64,000 nucleotides of DNA from Ranitomeya imitator (Eukaryota), in contig NC_091291.1 in NCBI RefSeq assembly GCF_032444005.1, positions 32,240,001-32,304,000 on the forward strand, in the 5' to 3' direction. The translations under genes and the position numbers were made by a program. The notes under the pieces were generated by a model, which made no database searches, was not told the origin of the DNA, and saw nothing but the letters and a program-made list of their open reading frames with translations. Of this stretch, positions 60,561-64,000 are shown one piece after another (positions within the stretch are counted from its first letter, which is position 1; the number at the start of each line of letters is the position of its first letter).

Positions 60561-61143
60561 CTAGATGGCAGCCCGATTCTAAAGAATCGGGAGTCTAGAA
60601 TCCATATATACTTTATTTATTCAAATGTAAGAATAATACAATTAATAAATAATAGTAAGAAAGAACAAAAATAATAGGCAGTATATGGAGAAAACACCAA
60701 ACAAAAGTTCAAAATTGGTGTGAAAATGTCACTGAACCACTTCACAACTAAATATATATAGTTTTGGTAAATGGTATTATCATTTTTTTGACGAAATTCG
60801 GCAGGAGCTTGAAGAGCAACGTCACTGGGCCCGCCTCCACGCAGTAGAAACTTGCTGTGAGGTAAAAATTCAAAAATCACACCAAAATGGCGGGCGGAGT
60901 GTGTCACAGTACGGCACGTTTCTGATTGGTCGCTCGCAGCAGGCGGCAACCAATCAGACACTGGACACTGTTGATGTCACTTAGCTCCGGACATTAGCTC
61001 CGGACATTAGCTCCGGACATTAGCTCCGGACATTAGCTCCGGACATTAGCTCCGGACATTAGCTCCGGACATTAGCTCCGGACAAAGCCACGGAAGTTGG
61101 CACAAATTGCAGGAAGTAGTATTCTAGGCAATTATATATTAGA
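60561..61143 (-). mobile_element. Non-autonomous Helitron with a 13-bp tandem repeat
   Basis: A|CTAG at 60560-60564 plus hairpin CCCGATTC/GAATCGGG; GA|T at 61142-61144; (TTAGCTCCGGACA)n at 60981-61084. Confidence 0.85.
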
Positions 61144-63651
61144 TTTATTAATGAGCTCTACTGTTTATTTTATTTAGTATGCATTGCTTATAACTCCACT
61201 ATATCATTATACTATTTACCATGCATTGTATTAATTAACCCCTAAAGGAGGTTTTTTTTTTGCTTTAAGAAAACGCTCTTAGATTTATGCTCCTATCACC
61301 GCTGCAGCCAATCACTGACTGTACATTGCTTGTGTGAGACAACGACGGAAGACATAGCTGGGTCAGTGTGTGGGCTATGGGGGACTACAGTGAGTGCCGG
61401 ACCAGCAGATGGCGCCCTGATGATTTAGAAGTGGCCTACTTATTCCTGTGCATAGGCTGGTGGAATTTAAAGGGATAGTTCATTTTGGCCCACTCTTGAA
61501 AGATACTCCCATGGGTGAGAATTGCCCATTCTCTGGTGTACCCCATGGTGTCATATATGCAAAGTTTAGCTTGTTTCAAGTTAGGCCCGGTCTAAGTGAC
61601 CTGATGATAATATTGACTCCATTGCAACTTACTGTTACAACTGTTTTGCTGTTGTTGCAACTTGCACAGTCTTTAGATCCTTAAAGATACAGCCAATTTT
61701 TGTTTTGCCATTTCAAATCTTCCTCCTCCTTCTTTCCAAGAGTGAGAACATTTTTTTTTTTTATTTCTCTGACAACATAGCTGTGCGAAGGCTTCTTTAA
61801 GGCTTCTTTATTTGTTTGTTTTTTTTTTTTGTGGGTTGAATTATGGTTTGGAATGACCCCATTCACTTTTACCATATCATGTGCTGAAAAACAGAAAAAA
61901 TTCCAAATGTGGTGAAATGCTTTTTTTTTAATTTAAACAAAACAAAAAAAAAACAATACAGCTATTGTTTCTTGTGGTGTAGTCTTTACAGCGTAAAAAT
62001 GACAGCATACTACAGGACAGTTAAATTACGGGGTTACCAAAGTTTTAAGATTTTGTTATCAGTTTAGTGCCTTAAAAAAAATTCTGAACTTTGTAAAAAA
62101 AATAATATATATATATTGATTTGTATCGCCATTTCCTGAGACCCATAGGTTTTAAATTTTTCCATTGATGGACTTGTGTCAGGGCTTGTTTGTTGCGCGG
62201 TGAGATGTAATTTGTATTGATATGATTTTCGGGTGCATATGACATTTTTATCCTTTTTTTTATTTAAAGCATTTACCTTATGGGTTAAATATTAGATTGG
62301 ACTTTTATAACCAGCGCAACACGGTATGTGCTTATTTTTTGGGGGGAAGGGGTATGGGGAGGCTATACAAACTATTATGGCATCCTGTCCATGATGTAAA
62401 GAGGGAAGGGGTTAATATATTCAGAATTATTTATTCTTAAAATTGTAAATATTCTTTTACCATTACGGTTCTGTAAACACAATGAAAAATATATAAAACA
62501 GATAATAAAAAAAATGACATGCTTATTTCAGGGTTTAGCCATTAAAAGTACAGTAAAACTGGGGAAGACGTTACTATAAATGGCACTTAGTATGTTGGGG
62601 GCGCGTTATACACGGAGCATTGGGTAAAGGGGGCTTCAAGTTACACCTCAATTAGGAGGATACTCCTATGATAAAATAATCACTGGACTTGTTGGAAATT
62701 GGAGGAAGTGTTGATTTAATCTACAGCTCCCCCGAAGGATTAATGAAGTATTACACAACTCTTCTTTAAAATCAGTGGTCTGTTCTTGCAATGCATGAGC
62801 ATTAGAGAGGTTGTTTGAGTGTTTTGGGGAGTTATATGTTTTGGGATGGGAATTAGAGGCAGACTAGTTTTTTTTGCATTAGCTTAAACCCTAAAATAGC
62901 AGTCTGTGTGATTTATTAATCTATGTAGATTAATACCACTTTGGCTTTTTTTTTCACTGTACAAAAAAAAAATGCCAGCCTAAACGGTCAGATTGTCTCT
63001 AGAACTTGACTCTCCGAACCTTGCTTGGTCTGAAAGCCTCCTTAAGAAATCGGACTCTAGCTATCTTCCTACATAAATAAACTGCAATGGAGATTCAAAA
63101 GTCTCATCAAAGAGGGTCTATGTGGCAGCCGAGCCTTGTACCGGGTGGGGCACAATTTATTCTTAGCTCAACCATCTGTCGTCTGGAATGCGGCGAGTGT
63201 AGGAACAAGGCTTCATAAAGCCAGGACCATGCCAGCAGACCAGAATCACAGTGTCACATACAGTGTCAGTATGAGCTCCTCTAAGGTTTTTTTCCCCCTT
63301 GATAATAACTATCGCTTGCACGTGTTTTTGACCTGTGCCAATATCTCAATAAGGGGCAAGATTTGATTACGCAGAACTACTGACAAATAAAAAGACTGGA
63401 TTGAGATGCTCAGAAAGTTTGGTTTTCAGTTTGGTCCTTCGCGATGGCTAGAGCAGGGCAGTGTTCACAACTGTGTCGGAGAACCTCTGCCAAAGCATCA
63501 TGAGAACCTCAGCCACTTAACGGGACCTTGGAACGTCATGACGTGGCACGTGTTCAACTTACCAAACTTCAAGGTGGAGACACCAGGTGAATGGCACTCC
63601 CATGGATAAAAGTAGTGCAAAAATAAAATACATTTATGAAAACAATAAAAC

Positions 63652-63726
63652 ACAACACGTTTCGGCTACATCCAGCCTTTCTCCGGTGTCACCTGAGGAA
63701 GACTGGATAAAGCCGAAACACGTTTT
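63652..63726. mobile_element. Penelope-like pLTR remnant with a degenerate hammerhead-type core
   Basis: Imperfect inverted pair ACGTTTCGGCTACATCCAGCCTTTCTC / GAGGAAGACTGGATAAAGCCGAAACACGT; core CTGAGGA and GAAAC. Confidence 0.5.
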
Positions 63727-64000
63727 ATGGTCTTTATTTTATTTTGGCACTACTTTTATCCACTCACCTGGTATCTTCACCTTAATTACACCCTGCCAGG
63801 ATTCCCTTGGAGGATATTCAAACAGTACACCAATTGGATCTGGTTTATGTGATTTTGGAGTTGTCCAATTATGAAACTTCATCGAGTGAGAAATTTCCCT
63901 ATCAATTGTCTTAACAATTCCAATCATACACTCGGAAAGCTCTACTTACTCTTCGTCTCCTTCAAAGGACATTCAACATTCCACCAACATGAATTCCTTG

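Noticed and set aside
63739-63927. Minus-strand ORF MIGIVKTIDREISH with a donor-like AAG|GTGAAG
   Set aside because: In-frame stop just upstream, poor acceptor, no recognisable homology, and at the window edge.

Overview
Eukaryotic, repeat-rich vertebrate DNA. The LH-beta sequence and the repeat families point to an anuran amphibian; this is inference. Three intron-containing host genes can be built from splice signals and protein recognition: RUVBL2 (+, 15 coding exons, 15819-27490, end of exon 6 lost in an N-gap), LHB (-, coding 40656-39690, probable non-coding exon 1 and promoter near 46.3-46.5 kb) and a SAXO3-like ciliary gene (-, 5 coding exons, about 59155-54643). This is the gene order and orientation I recall for human 19q13.33. 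Between RUVBL2 and LHB lies a young, almost intact DIRS1-type tyrosine-recombinase retrotransposon (28418-33644). It has perfect 97-bp ITRs, an ICR, and gag-like, RT/RNaseH/MT and YR ORFs, and it is nested in an older DIRS relic. The rest is solo LTRs with TSDs, four non-autonomous Helitrons, a decayed Tc1, an L1/Tx1 relic, Harbinger and T2 MITEs, and many minisatellites that generate spurious ORFs. Best leads: (1) a DIRS leader exon whose strong donor can be joined in phase to acceptors ahead of gag, pol and YR, suggesting expression by alternative splicing; (2) an SF-1/Egr-1 composite element in the LHB promoter resembling the mammalian one; (3) an indel-free 27-bp array at the window start that may be a coding repeat exon. 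No CRISPR array, rRNA or tRNA gene was seen. All identifications are by eye and from memory; no searches were run.
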